Shown here one piece after another: positions 14,516-30,570 of a stretch of 64,000 nt of DNA. Below the pieces are notes generated by a model. That model saw nothing but the letters and a program-made list of their open reading frames with translations, was not told the DNA's origin and ran no database searches. Position 1 is the first letter of the stretch. Every line of letters begins with the position of its first letter. Position numbers and translations under genes: made by a program. Location: NCBI GenBank assembly GCA_951406725.2, contig OX597838.1:22444001-22508000 (forward strand), written 5' to 3'. The DNA is from Octopus vulgaris (Eukaryota).

Positions 14516-15112
14516 TGCACAAACACACACACACACACATATATGTATGTATGCATGTCGTTAATATGCGTTCAGTGTCAGCAGAGTTCGAGTAAAGTTG
14601 CATTTAAAACCGGTTCCTATCGATCAACTCAATGTGACTTAAGAAATATTTTATTATCTCAGCTAAGTACAAAAGGAACTTTAAAAAAGATGTGACCTAT
14701 TTCACTTTCCTTTTGTCTATACATGCCGAACCAAACAGGTTTTTTTTTTTCCTTATTTTTCAAGTTCACGCGTGAGCTCATCGGAATGGATTCTAGTAAA
14801 ACGAACGATAAAGAAAATTTTGTTTTCACTAAAATAGTGCAAGATTCCTAACAAACATTGATCTTTTGCATTGAACAGCCTTCATAGAACAATTTTTATC
14901 TTTTTTCTCACCTCAAGGACACAAAATGTTTGCAATTTTTTTTTTTTTTTTACCTTGGGACATCACTTTGAATGTGAAATACTTATTGCAAACTTATTCA
15001 CAAACGCTCACCCATCTAAAACTTAAGATCTATGTTGCTTTATTTGGGTTCTCGGACGAACATGGTGCATTCAACGTGATATGGCCATGTACATATATAC
15101 GCACATATATGC

Positions 15113-15552
<440 letters not shown>

Positions 15553-15804
15553 TACGAGGCCTGCGTGGCACCGTGGGTAAGTGTCTTTTACTATAGCCTC
15601 GGGCTATATATATAATTTTTGTATTTGGTTGCAAGATTCTCTGGATGCAGGCTTAGCTGGGTGGGGGTGTTTGTCTCCCCTTGTGAACATAAGGACACAG
15701 GAAATGTGTCAAGGCCGACAGGAAGAGTTGATGCTTCCTAGGGCTAAATAGCAGTAGTATGATTCTCTTCATGGGACTGTCACATTAAGTTGACAGTATA
15801 CAAC

Positions 15805-15871
<67 letters not shown>

Positions 15872-15902
15872 GTTCGGCTCAAAACTGTGGTCATAATATT
15901 CT

Positions 15903-16122
15903 TTTATTCTTTTATTTGTTTCAGTCATTTTGACTGCGGCCATGCTGGAGCACCGCCTTTAGTCGGACAAATCAACCCCAGGACTTATTGTTTGTAAGCC
16001 TAGTACTTATTTTATCGGTTTCTTTTGCCGAGCCGCTAAGTTACGGGAACGTAAACACACCAACATCGGTTGTCAAGCGATGATGGGGGGGGGACAAAAA
16101 CAGACACACTAATATTGATATA

Positions 16123-16205
<83 letters not shown>

Positions 16206-16368
16206 GACGGGCTTCTTTCAGTTTCCGTTTACCAAATCCACTCACAAGGATTTGGTCGGCCAGAGGCTATAGCAGAAGACACTTCTCCAAGGTGCCACGC
16301 AATGGGACTGAACTCGGAAACATGTTGTTGGGAAGCAAGATTTTTTACCACACGACCACACCTGCGCC

Positions 16369-16369
<1 letters not shown>
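15903..16369 (-). mobile_element. SINE family C
   Basis: Colinear with other copies. Confidence 0.85.
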
Positions 16370-16402
<33 letters not shown>

Positions 16403-16733
16403 TGTATGTATGTATGTATGCATGCATGCATGCATGTATGTATGTATGTATGTATGTATGTATGTATGGATGGATGGATGGATGGATGTATGTAAGTATG
16501 TATGTATGTATGTATGCATGCATGCTTGTATGTATGTATGTAAGTATATATGTATGTATGTATGCATGTATGTATGTATGTATGTATGCATGCATGTATG
16601 TATGTATGTATGTATGCATGTATGTATGTATGTATGTATGCATGTATATATGTATGTATGCATGTATGTATGTATGTATGTATGTATGTATGTATGTATG
16701 TATGCACGCATGTAGGTATGTATGTGTGTATAA

Positions 16734-16965
16734 AAGGCGGCGAGCTGGCAGAAACGTTAGCACACCGGGCGAAACGCTTAGTGGTATTTTGTCTGTGGTT
16801 ACGATGTGAGTTCAAATTCCGCCGAGGTCGACTTTGCCTTTCATCCTTTCGGGGTCGATAAATTAAGTACCAGTTACGCACTGGGGTCGATGTGATCGAC
16901 TTAATTCCTTTGTCTGTCCTTGTTTGTCCCCTCTATGTTTAGCCTCTTGTAGGCAGTAAAGAAAT
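16734..16965 (+). mobile_element. SINE family D
   Basis: Nearly identical to 10357-10590. Confidence 0.85.
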
Positions 16966-17775
16966 ATGTATGTATGTATGTATGCATGCATGTATGCATG
17001 TATGTATGCATGTATGTATGTATGCATGTATGCATGTATGTATGCATGTATGTATGTATGTATGTATGTACGTATGTATGTATGTATGCATGCATCTATG
17101 TATGTATGTATGCATGTATGTATGTATGCTTATATGTATGTATGTATGTATGTATGTATGCATGCATGTATGTATGTATGTATATATGTATGTACGAGTA
17201 TCTCTATATGCGTGTAGTTGTGTTTGTCCCTGCTTCACCGTTTCACAACTATTGTTGGTGCGTTTACGTTCCCCTAACTTAGCGGTTCAGCAAAAAAAAA
17301 ATAAGACTAGGTTAAAACAAATTAGTCTTGGGACTAAAACTCTTCAAGATCGTGCTCCAGCATGGCCGCAGTCCAATGCTGAAATACATAAACGAGTAAC
17401 CAAAAGATAGCTAGTGCTAAGCCGTGCTTCAAATTCGATTCATATCGATCTGGCGGCGATTTATGACAGCTTCTGTTAATAATTGGTTGACTGTGGTTTA
17501 GGACTGAACTATATCGATCCAAAAATTTATTTCCGATAGCGTGGTGAACTGATTTATGAACTTTGACCTGAAACTGGCTGATATTGATCTGGTAACATCT
17601 GGTTATATGCATTACGATCTAATTATTGTTAGCGGTGGTTCGGAAATCAGGTCTTTATGAGAGGGCAACCGTTTCATGGCAGATACGTATATAATATACA
17701 ACAGCCTCTTGCGTAGTAAACTCACCATGTGGACAACCCTATCCACTAGATGTATGACACGCACACACACACACG

Positions 17776-17824
<49 letters not shown>

Positions 17825-17921
17825 CCTGCTATCCCCAGATAAACTTCATAGCACGGTCTGAAGATATCTTCATTTATCTTATACATCCCAAATTCTTTCA
17901 CTCTCCCCCCTCTCTCTCTCT

Positions 17922-18010
<89 letters not shown>

Positions 18011-18013
18011 TAT

Positions 18014-18065
<52 letters not shown>

Positions 18066-18725
18066 ATATATATATAGATAAATATATATATAGAGATAAA
18101 TATATATATATATATATTTATCTATTTATATATATATATATATATATCTTACCTATTACTTGTTTTGTTCATTGGTTGTGGCCATGCTGGGGCACTACCT
18201 TGAAGGATTTTAGTCGAACAAATCGATCCCAGTACTGTTTTTTTTTTTCTTTTTGAAGTCAGGCAGTGGCGAGTATATTCTACAGGTCTCCCTTGCCGAA
18301 CCGCTATGTAACAAAGTTGTGTACAAACCACCAGTTGTGGTCAAGCGACGGCGGCGTCGGTGGTGACCTGGCAGCCCAGTAACCAAGTGGGTGGTGCTCT
18401 GGTGACCAGACGGCCTGATGACTCAGGGTTTGAGGTGCTGCACCCACATTCGCAAGATCGTGGTTTCGTTCCTGGTACCGGGCGATGCATCGTGTTCTTA
18501 GGCAAGACACTTCATTCCACGTAGCTCCAGTCAACTCAGCTGGCAAAAGTAACTAATCCTGTGTTGGATCGGCGTTCCATTCGTGGGGGAAAGTCGTGAT
18601 CTCGGTCAACCTGGTGACCAACCCCATGAGACCAAGGACATGCTAATGAGACTGCCCCACAACCCTTCCGTGCTAGACGCTTGAAACAAAAGTACCTTCA
18701 GTTTTATACCTTATTTCTTTTCTTT

Positions 18726-19273
18726 TTCTTTTGTTTGTTTCAGTCATTTGACTGCGGACATGCTGGAGCACAGCCTTTAGTCGAACAAATCGACTCCCAG
18801 GAATTATTCTTTGTAAGCCTAGTACTTATTCCAACGGTGTCTTTTGCTGAACCACTAGGTTACGGAAACGTAAACACACCAACATCGGTTGTCAAGTGAT
18901 GGTGGGAGAGGGGTCAAACACAGACGCACAAACATATATATATATACAAACTGGGGCAAGAACGCAAAACAATTAGAAGACGATACAAAAAACAGGGACG
19001 GGACATTCGAAGCCTTCAATCTTCAGTCAAGAACTGGATCATCCTCGCAATTTCGGCTGATTAATCTTGAGATTGCTCCAATCTGGCCAGCCCCAAGGAA
19101 AAACTAAGCTAAGCGCATTAGATTCCTTGGAAAAAAGCTACGACGAGCAAATCCACTCACAAAGCTTTGGTTGGCAGAGAGTATAGTAGAAGACACTTAC
19201 CTAAAGAGCCACGCAGTGGGACTGAACCCGGAACCATGTGGTTGGGAAGCAAGCTTCTTACCACAGACACGCC
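18726..19273 (-). mobile_element. SINE family C interrupted by a ~195-bp insert
   Basis: Both SINE halves are present; the insert 18946-19140 also occurs at 54856-54981. Confidence 0.75.
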
Positions 19274-19404
19274 TGAAACATATTACTAAGGATCAAGGAA
19301 GTAAAAACACAAAAGTCGTTAGATTTTCAGTATCTGTAAAGATATTTTATTTAGCGAATATATTTATTGAAAATAATAATGAAGATGATGATGATGATGG
19401 CGGC

Positions 19405-19459
<55 letters not shown>

Positions 19460-19461
<2 letters not shown>

Positions 19462-19898
19462 CCTTTCTACTGGTGGCACAAGGCCTCAACTTTGGTGTGG
19501 AGGGGTCTAGTCGGTTACATCGACCCCAGTGTTTCACTGGTACTTAATTTATCGACCCCGAAAAGAAGAAAGGTAAAGTCGACCTCGGCGGAATTTGAAC
19601 TCAGACCGTAACGACGGGCGAAATGCCGTTAAACATTTTGCCCGACATGTTAACAGTTCTTCAAGCTCGCCGCATTAATAATAATAATAATAATAATAGT
19701 AATCCTTTCTACTGGAAGCACAAGGCCTCAAATTTGGGGGAAGGGATTAAGTCGATTAACTGGTACTTAATATATCGACTCCAAAAGGATGAAAGGCAAA
19801 GTCGACCTCAGCGGAATCTGAACTCAGAACGTGACGACGTGTAAAATACCTCTAAGCATTTTGACCAGCGTGCTAACGATTCTGCCAGCTCACCGCTT
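19460..19898 (-). mobile_element. Two SINE family D copies separated by (AAT)n
   Basis: Reverse complement of family D, twice. Confidence 0.8.
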
Positions 19899-19921
19899 TA
19901 ATAATTATGATGATAATAATA

Positions 19922-19974
<53 letters not shown>

Positions 19975-20220
19975 TATAACGACCAAGATTATTATTAAGT
20001 GTAATACTGTTTAATTTTTTGATTAATGATAACCTTTGTGTATAGGTAATGGCGACGGTATGCAGGTATGTGTGTGTGCGTGTATATGTGTGCGTGTGTG
20101 TGTGTGTATGTCTGTGTGATTGAGTTTGTATATGTGAGACGGCGTGAGGATGTATGTTGGCGATAGAACGAATGAGTATAGAAAAAATATCTTCAGCGGG
20201 TGAAATACACCATTATGTAT

Positions 20221-20262
<42 letters not shown>

Positions 20263-20268
20263 GTATGC

Positions 20269-20364
<96 letters not shown>

Positions 20365-20911
20365 TTATTTATTTGTATATATGTATGTATGTGTTTATGT
20401 ATGTATTATGTATACGTATGTGTGCGTGTATACAGGAGGAAGTCAAAAACTATACGAACTTTTGCCATATGTATATATACATGTGGATATATATAGATAT
20501 ATATGTATATATCTACATATATACAGATGAAAAGATGAAGTGTACTGGAATGGATCCATATTGCTGAAGCAATTTCTCATGTGATATATATTAATATATA
20601 TTTGTGTGTGTGTGTACATGTATGTGCGCGTACGTGCATGTATGCACATGCAGATATATATATATATGCACAAATATATATATACGTACGTAAATAAATA
20701 TATACATATGCATATAAAATACATTACAAACATTACAAATATGTATATACATATATATGATATATATATATATATATACACACATAGAAGTCTGTGCGAT
20801 TTTATTTGGATTCTTGTGAAAAAATATTTAAGCAATTTCTATTGTCAATTCTCTTATTTCCATAATGAAATATTGCATGCAAAAGCGAGAGGATAAAAAA
20901 AATATATAGGC

Positions 20912-20983
<72 letters not shown>

Positions 20984-21265
20984 GCGCACTTGTATGTATA
21001 TGTGTGTAAATATATACATGTATATAAACACATACATACATACATACATAAATATATATATAAATGCGCATAGACATACATATGTGCATATAGAAGAAAT
21101 AAACATGTACTTAATTTAAATCGCTCCGAGGAAGCGACAGGATGTTGCACGAGCACTCAGCTCTGGGTGTACTACTTTTTACAGTAGAAACGGCTTTAAG
21201 CTTATGAAAAGAATTGCGTAACTCTCTTTATTGTGACATTGATGCAATGCAAACACCCACACACA

Positions 21266-21352
<87 letters not shown>

Positions 21353-21594
21353 GCACACATACGCATACAAACATATATACATACTTACATACATACATAC
21401 ATAGCAACTTATAGTTAATATATTAAAATATACAAATTTATAGGTACATATATATATATGTATATATGTGTATATATATATATATATATATGTATATGCA
21501 TATGTATGTATATGCATTCTAACAAAGCAGATAGTGTGCGTACAAAAGTTAAAAATTGCTTTAAACATTTATATAAATTTTTCCTTTTGTTACA

Positions 21595-21651
<57 letters not shown>

Positions 21652-21943
21652 ATATATACACATATATATACATGTATATATACATATATATATTATATAT
21701 ATACATACATACATATATATATATATGCATGAATATGTACATGTTATGTGAAAATGTGTTTCGGGGTATCTGTTGCATACAAAGATCTCTGTATTTACTA
21801 TTGAAAAGACAGAAAAGAAAGCAAAAAGAAACGTCATGGATTTTAGTCATAAAAAGTATTTGAAAATATTTACTGGCCTGAGAAATCTCATCTGCCTTTC
21901 TATGAATCAAATTTTATTTTAAAGTTTCAATACGAAATCGCTG

Positions 21944-21984
<41 letters not shown>

Positions 21985-22198
21985 CGTACGTTTGGTTCAT
22001 GCTGTCTTCTTTCTTTTTATTTTGTTTTTTCATTTGAGAAAAGTTTAATCGGGTGTTCTTGCGTGTAGACAATAATTTCCACGCGTATACATCCAGACAT
22101 GTATATATATATTCATACACAAACACACACACTGGCACACACACACAGACACACAAGTATATTTACATATATATAAATACATATATATATACATCTAG

Positions 22199-22257
<59 letters not shown>

Positions 22258-22354
22258 CATACATATATGCATATATATGTGTATTTATATATATATACCG
22301 CTTTTATACATATATATATATGTATGTATAGACACACGTTCATATATGCATATT

Positions 22355-22436
<82 letters not shown>

Positions 22437-22530
22437 ATCCAAACATGAACAAAGAGAAAACACAACAACGCGAGGACTTGGAACAAGTATAGTGTTATTG
22501 GACGCTCAGGAAAGGAAAGAAAGAAGGAGG

Positions 22531-22565
22531 ATTTAACGTTTCGATCGGAGCTTTTCGTCAGAAAC
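22531..22565 (-). ncRNA. Minimal type I hammerhead
   Basis: gttt CTGACGA aaagctccgatc GAAA cg TT aaat; stem II is decayed. Related copies at 31543-31577 and 46421-46452. Confidence 0.6.
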
Positions 22566-22631
22566 ACAGAAAAAGGAAAGGTCCAAGGAAGGAAAGACGG
22601 AGAAAGAAAATCGCCAACGATACACACACGA

Positions 22632-22716
<85 letters not shown>

Positions 22717-23186
22717 AGTAGTTTGGTCTCTGGTCGTTCGGTGCAATCGAGTGTATAGGGTATACATATACGTAAACAAAAAACACAAATGCTGACACGT
22801 ACATGCTTTCGTATTTCGTTAATCTTTGTGAAGTGTTGCACGTCCAGATTTGTGTACAAACGGGTGTGTCATGTAAGTTTTGTATGGATCATCAGAGATT
22901 TGTCATAAAATATGCTTTCGTTTTTTACTTTATTCATAACAACAAATTCCATTGTACGCACACACACACACACATACATACTAGTGCGTACGAATATATG
23001 TAAATGTATACATACAAATGCACGTATATATATATAGATATAGATATAGATATAGGATAGGTCTGTGGGTGTGCGCTTAATACCTGTTTATGCACACTCA
23101 GTGTACCGAGCGATTACATACGTATGTACAAAAGTTTGTGTTATTTGGCATGTATAAATGAATAAATGTCTCTATACATCTACATA

Positions 23187-23482
23187 GAGGTGGCGCAATG
23201 GCCCAGTGGTTAGGGCAGCGGACTCGCGGTCGGGCGCGTTTGCATCCTTGAGCAAGACACTTTATTCTACGTTGCTCCAGTTCACTCAGCTGTAGAAATG
23301 AGTCACAACGTCACTGGTGCCAAGCTGTATCGGCCTCTTTACCTTTCTCTTAGACAACATCGGTGATGTGGAAAAAGGAGAGGCTGGTATGCATAGGTGA
23401 CTCTTTCATAATCTTTCTCAGGTTTGTGCCTCGGAAGAGAACTTTCTAGGTGCAATTCCATGGTCATTCGTGACCGAAGGCG
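23187..23482 (+). mobile_element. Chimeric SINE: family A head with family B body
   Basis: tggcccagtggttagggcagcggactcgcgg joined to ccttgagcaagacactttatt... Confidence 0.7.
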
Positions 23483-24789
23483 GTCTGCATCCTTTACCGT
23501 TTCCTTTATGCACTAGGGTAGCAGACAGACTCTGTCATTCGATTTAATATCCCGAACTGGACCTTGTATACATTTAATGGGATCCAATCTGGTGCACTGG
23601 GATGACAGATAGAATCTCTCACTGGATTTAGTATTACCATCTGGTCTTTGGGAGCTCTTAGTAAAACCTTCTCGTTTGCAAGCACTTGGACTGGGTCCCC
23701 GATCAGTGGATAATTTCCCCTATTTCTCCCATCAGTCAGGTGGACCTGAAAAAGGTCAGGAATTATGTCATTCTTCCTCTGACTAAGGGACAATAAAATT
23801 AAACAAAAGAGCCAAAGTTAAGTTCAGTTATTATTCCTGGTTGGTGTTAAGGCCCTCCCACCAATATCACTACTGACTAAAGCACAAACAATTCGCTCAT
23901 CCTTCCCCCTTCCCTCATTCATATCACATTTAACTCCCCCCCTCCCAATCCCCGCATTGATCACTACGTCCAAGCCTTCTCTCGGGAATGTCTTCCACTG
24001 AAATTCTCTCCCTCCAGGTTTTATTATTTTTCCCCTCAGCACTTTGCAATTATTCATAAAGGCCATCAACCGGGTTGTTCTCACCGATCCAGTTCCGACG
24101 GTCCTACTATAGCCACATCATCTTGACCAACCCCTCAGCCTTTTGCCTGACCAAAGCATTATTGTAAGTACCCTAAACATCCACGCTTGTTTTCAGACTT
24201 TTAATTAGGCCTTGTTTCATACGTTCTGAGTAGTATAAAGCATTCCTTACATAAGTCAAAGATTATAGAAGGAAATGACTGAAAAAATATTAGGAGCGTG
24301 CATCATATACGATGCATGGACGTCAGAAAAATATATCCTGCATTTCACATCTAATATGCAGGACAGGCAACGGGTTAACCCCAAAGCAATTTCAAATTTG
24401 TACGTTCAGAGTTTCAATCACACCGGATTTGTTTTTAACAGCCATACTTCGAGAGACATGGATGGTAACGAGAATGTTGATATCTCAAAATAATTTGTGG
24501 TTCAACCAGTACGAGGTTAAGTGAAGATCACGTAATACTCTGGGAAGTACGAGAACATGTGTGAATATACGAGAGTTATGGAAGGGCTATTAACCATTCA
24601 TTATCATCAAGACTGCATGAATGTGGACGTCTAGTATCTCTTTCAAAATATCCTCGATGGGAATTAAAAACGTATTTAGCATTAATTCTAGGGAGGCCCT
24701 ACACCAACATCTGACAGAAACTGGAAGTTATTTATTTCAAGGTTATTTACTATTGAGACTTATAGACGAGGCTGATAGCTCGACAGAGC

Positions 24790-25172
24790 GATCTATCTAC
24801 TTTCTCTATCCGCTCAGTCGAAGTCGACTCTCGGTCACTCGTTGGATCAGTGTCCTCCAGTCAGTTCTATCCTGGGCCGCTTCTTTCAGATTGGATATGT
24901 CCATTCCGGTATCACTCCTGATGGTATCAAGCCAGCGGGTTCTTGGTCGGCCTCTTCCTCTCTTGCCACTGACCATTCCGAGCATGATGTCCTTCTCCAG
25001 GGATTTTCTCCGCATAATATGACCGAAATATGCCAATCTATGCTTGGTGATCTAAGCTTCTAGCGACATTTTCGGCCTTATCTGCTTAAGAACTTCTCTA
25101 TTGGTGAGCCTTGCTGTCCATGGAATCCGTAAAAGTCTTCTCCAACACCAAAGCTCGAATGCATTAATTCTC
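24790..25172 (-). mobile_element. RTE/BovB-like LINE 3' fragment
   Basis: RINAFELWCWRRLLRIPWTAR...LAYFGHIMRRKSLEKDIMLG...GKRGRGRPRTRWLD is the typical RTE ORF C-terminus. Confidence 0.9.
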
Positions 25173-25206
25173 TATCTACTTTACAAGACTTAATAAGCTA
25201 GTCAAG

Positions 25207-25247
25207 CAGTGGTGAGACAAACGGAGGTACAAGCACATACACACACA

Positions 25248-25324
<77 letters not shown>

Positions 25325-25353
25325 TTATATATGTATACATATATACACACATT

Positions 25354-25403
<50 letters not shown>

Positions 25404-25453
25404 ACCATATACCAGTGGTGAGACAAACGGAGGTACAAGCACATACACACACA

Positions 25454-25500
<47 letters not shown>

Positions 25501-25529
25501 TTATATATGTATACATATATACACACATT

Positions 25530-25591
<62 letters not shown>

Positions 25592-25600
25592 ACCATATAC
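25207..25600. repeat. Tandem duplication of a ~205-bp unit
   Basis: cagtggtgagacaaacggaggtacaagcac... at 25207 and 25413. Confidence 0.9.
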
Positions 25601-25849
25601 CTTATTTGTTTCATAATTTATCTAAGCAATGCCAAATAAAAGAAAAATATAGATTTTGTAATAAGTAAATATATAAATAGTGGGAGTTTTTTTTCATTTT
25701 TAAATCATACCTGGTATGTTAATTTCACGAATTGTGCGCGAGTTCAAACCACACTTGGGGTTTGATTTTTTATTGGAATCTACATGAAATCTACTCACAT
25801 ACACACACACACATATATATATATACATATATATGTATATACACTCACA

Positions 25850-25899
<50 letters not shown>

Positions 25900-26135
25900 C
25901 ATATATATTATGCACGTATATATACACACACATATAAATACACACATAGATACACGCTCTTGCGTCAATGCATCGACAGTTCAACCAACAAACCAAATCG
26001 CCAAATCAACCACATATTTACAAAAACCGGGAAATCTCTTAATTCAAAAAGTCTTGTCACTCTGTTAGAGACCGGCTTCAATTCTCTCAAGAAGAACTTT
26101 AATTAAACTCTAAGAAAAAACATACATACATACAT

Positions 26136-26170
<35 letters not shown>

Positions 26171-26488
26171 TACAGACAGACAGACATACATATACATACA
26201 TACGTACGTACGTACTTACATACATATACGTACATATACACACTTTCATACATACTCAAACACATACATACATGTATACATATATATACATACATACATG
26301 TATACAAACATATATATATATACATACATACATACTTATACACACATACATACTCAAACATACACATTCATACAAACATATATACACATACATACATACT
26401 TATACACACATACATACTCAAACATACACATACATACAAACATATACACACATACATACATACTTACATACATACATACATACGTACA

Positions 26489-26522
<34 letters not shown>

Positions 26523-27364
26523 CATACATACGTACGTACATACATATACGTACATATACACACTTTCATACATACACAAACACATACATATATAAAGATA
26601 CACATACATACATACAAACATACACACACATACATACATACTTACATACATACATGCAAACATACATACATACATACATACATATACGTACATATACATA
26701 CTTTAATACATACACAAACATACATATATATATACGTACACACACTCATACATACATACAAACACACATTTTTACTTTCAGCTTCACTTTCGCTTCCCTT
26801 GGTTGGATACAAACCAGCTTAACATGGTTTTCAGTTACTCTACTATCTTCAATGAAAACAGCAATGTATAGTTATCTATTTCTTTTTTTGCCTGTTTTTT
26901 TGTATGTTTTGTGTACGTTTCATCTTCACTATTTCTCGTTTTTTCTTTCTTTTCACCATTCTTTCCTCCTCTCTCTCTCTCTCTTTCTTTCTCTTTCTCG
27001 TCCTCCTACAACAAACTCAAAAGCGATTTTAGGGTCACTTTGAAGATCTAAGGTTCGTAATTACGCAACAAAAGATGGTAGCTCCGTTGCTGATTAGAGA
27101 AACTATTGCTTTCGGCCAAGGGCGATGTAGGAGACGGCACAGAAGATGGATGTGTGCGTCGGTAGTCACAGTTGAGAAGGTCAACGACTTCTCCATTTCG
27201 AGCATCAAAGACAAAAAGTCCGATCTGGGAAGTGAATTCAGTTGCAACTTCACACAGTCTAAATCAGTTAAAGGTTTCCCACAAGTGTTTGTGATCTTCT
27301 CGAAAATCATTGACTCCTCCTAGGTGTTGCTACTTATGGGAACGTTATCCTTGGCTCTGTGTGT

Positions 27365-27403
<39 letters not shown>

Positions 27404-27404
27404 C

Positions 27405-27463
<59 letters not shown>

Positions 27464-27480
27464 CATATATACATACATAT

Positions 27481-27619
<139 letters not shown>

Positions 27620-27655
27620 ACCTGATCTCTTGAAATGTTACAACTAGCTATTTTG

Positions 27656-27733
<78 letters not shown>

Positions 27734-27865
27734 CACATATACACAGACATTTTATATACATATATACATGTACATGCACTTATATATCATTTCGTCTGGT
27801 GTAGGACGGTTATGATATTACTAAATGCAACTGATATATTTTTGTGCTACCTAACATAGATTAGT

Positions 27866-28200
27866 GAAGGTGTATGACTCAATGGTTAGAGCGTCGGGCT
27901 CACAATTATGAGGTAGTGAGTTCGATCCCCGGACCGGGCTGTGCGTTGTGTTCTTGAGCAAGACCCTTTATTTCACGTTGCCCCAGTTAACACAGCTGTA
28001 GAAACGAGTTGCGACGTCACTGGTGCCAAGCTGTATCGGCCCCTTTGCCTTTCCCTTGGATAACATCAGTGGCATGGAGAGGGGACACTGGTAGGCATGT
28101 CTGAATGCTGGTCTTCCACAAAACAATCTCACCTGGACTTATGCCTCGGAGGGTAACTTTCTAGGTTCAATCCCATGGTCATTCATGACCGAAAGGGGTC
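27866..28200 (+). mobile_element. SINE family B, full length
   Basis: A/B boxes; colinear with 60574-60886. Confidence 0.85.
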
Positions 28201-28371
28201 TTTGCCTTTATCTTTACTTAACACTGAGCATCTATATGATTTATTACTTCAGGATTAATACAGCAGTTAAATTGGCGTTCCCTGGAGTATTTCCTTTAGG
28301 TATCTACATTAAGTATGATACACAAATTGAACTTTTAAACTAATATTGTTTCTATCAATTACTATTTTACC

Positions 28372-28776
28372 CTTTTACTTGTTTTAGTCATGTGACTGTG
28401 GCCATGCTGGAGCACCGCCTTTAGTCGAGCAAATCGACCCCAGGACACATTCTTTGTAAGCCTAGTACTTATTCTATCGCTCTCTTTTGCCGAACCGCTA
28501 GGTTACAGGGACGTAAACACACCAGCATCGGTTGTCAAGCGATGTTGGGGGGAGGGACAAACACAGACACACAAACATATACATACACATACATGTATAT
28601 AAACATATATACGACGGGTTTCTTTTCAGTTTCCGTCTACCACATCCACTCACAAGGCTTTGGTCGGCCCGAGGCTATAGTAGAAGACACTCGCCCGAGG
28701 TGCCACGCAGTGGGACTGAACCCGGAACCATGTGGTTGGTAAGCAAGCTACTTACCACGCAGCCACTCCTGCGCCT
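28372..28776 (-). mobile_element. SINE family C
   Basis: Colinear with other copies. Confidence 0.88.
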
Positions 28777-29098
28777 ACTGTACATAACGAAATTACTAAA
28801 AGGTTGTAATTGTGAAATAATTAATTGATTGGCTGACTTATTGATTGAATGATCGATTACTCCATTGATTGGTTGCCTGTTAATCGAATGCATATTCACT
28901 TTCGCAGTTTTGCTTCACTGCTGCATTCTTATCCTGTGTGCGTATTTTGTTTGTAAAAAGCTGTGAAAAAATATATACAAAGATTAAAAAGTTTAGTGAA
29001 CCAGAGATTGCCATTTAGAAACGTGTGCGTATATATTGCGTGTGTATTACGTGAATGTGTGCGTACACGTGTGTGTGTATTACGTGAATGTGTGCGTA

Positions 29099-29166
<68 letters not shown>

Positions 29167-29416
29167 CATACAGATATAAACAAATGCATGAATGTATACA
29201 TAAAGAGATACATATATGTTACTCCATGCGCAAATATGTGTATGCATACGCATATATTATGTATATTCCTTTTATAAACATAGGTGTATATAAAGATATG
29301 CATATATATATATTTGTATGTGTGTGTGTGTGTGTGTGTGTGTATGAATATATAGTTATTTATGTATGTACATGCGTGTTTGTATATGCGCGTATGTGTA
29401 TGTACATGTGTATTTG

Positions 29417-29448
<32 letters not shown>

Positions 29449-30508
29449 TACGTTTATAAGTATATATGTATGTACATGTATGTGTGCATGAATGTGTGTG
29501 TGCGCGTGTGTATTTGTGTGTGTGTATGTGAGTGAGTGTGTGTGTAAACATGTACGAGTTTATTTTGTAATGAGAGAGAGGAAGAAGAAAATGGAGATAG
29601 GTCTTCAGACGAAAAAAAAATTATTGGAAAGAAAGAGAAAGTGTGAGGGAGAGTGATGGGAAGAGGCATAAAACCAGTGCCAGAGAGAAAGATTAGGAAA
29701 TAAAGGTAGTGTTTATGAGAGCTGTACAAAAAAACAAAAAAAAAGAACATTGAAGACAGAATATATTAAAAAATTATGACAATGATAATACTTCGGTTGT
29801 TTTAAGACAAAAAAGTGGTAACATTTCCTTTTTTTTTGCTTCGTTTTAACCAGAAACAGTTGTGGTCGCGATGGTATGGTGGAATAAATGAAAAACATAT
29901 AAAAAGATGTTTTAAAAGACATTAAAGAGGAAAATGGGAGGAAAAAAATATGGGGGAAAAAAATATGCAAGTCCTGGACGAACGAACCTGAAATTTCAAA
30001 ATGGCTGCTTGTTACAAAGTTTAACTATTCTCAAAGTAAAAAAATTGCGGAATATGTCAAGTGTTTAAGGTGGTCAGGTGTTGAAGGAGATCAAGTGTTT
30101 AGATAATCAACTGTTTGAATCATCAAGTGTTCAAATTGTCAATTGCTTAGTCATTTAGTTAATCAAATAAGTGCCTCTTTCTTTTTTTTTTCCAATCTGC
30201 GTCGTGATATTTTCCGAGATCACAATATTTTGTCTCTGTACGCACACACACACACACACACATAAATTTAGATATTTAAATCAATGTATACTATATTATA
30301 CATCCATTTCAGCCAATATCAACTATTGGTTTCGCGTTCGATATTAACCGGATATTAGAACACTAGATAGTAACACGGTTAAGTAACACTACATGCTCTT
30401 CAGAGGATGGCAGCTATGGAAAAAATATGGCGACTCATCATGACTTATGGATTCTTAAAGGACATCATATATGTGTGTATGTGTACATTTACACATATAC
30501 ATACATAC

Positions 30509-30570
<62 letters not shown>

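Noticed and set aside
23500-24500. Possible LINE endonuclease start (IIVSTLNIHA) and Merlin-like transposase remnant
   Set aside because: Only faint motif resemblance; it cannot be supported without a profile search.
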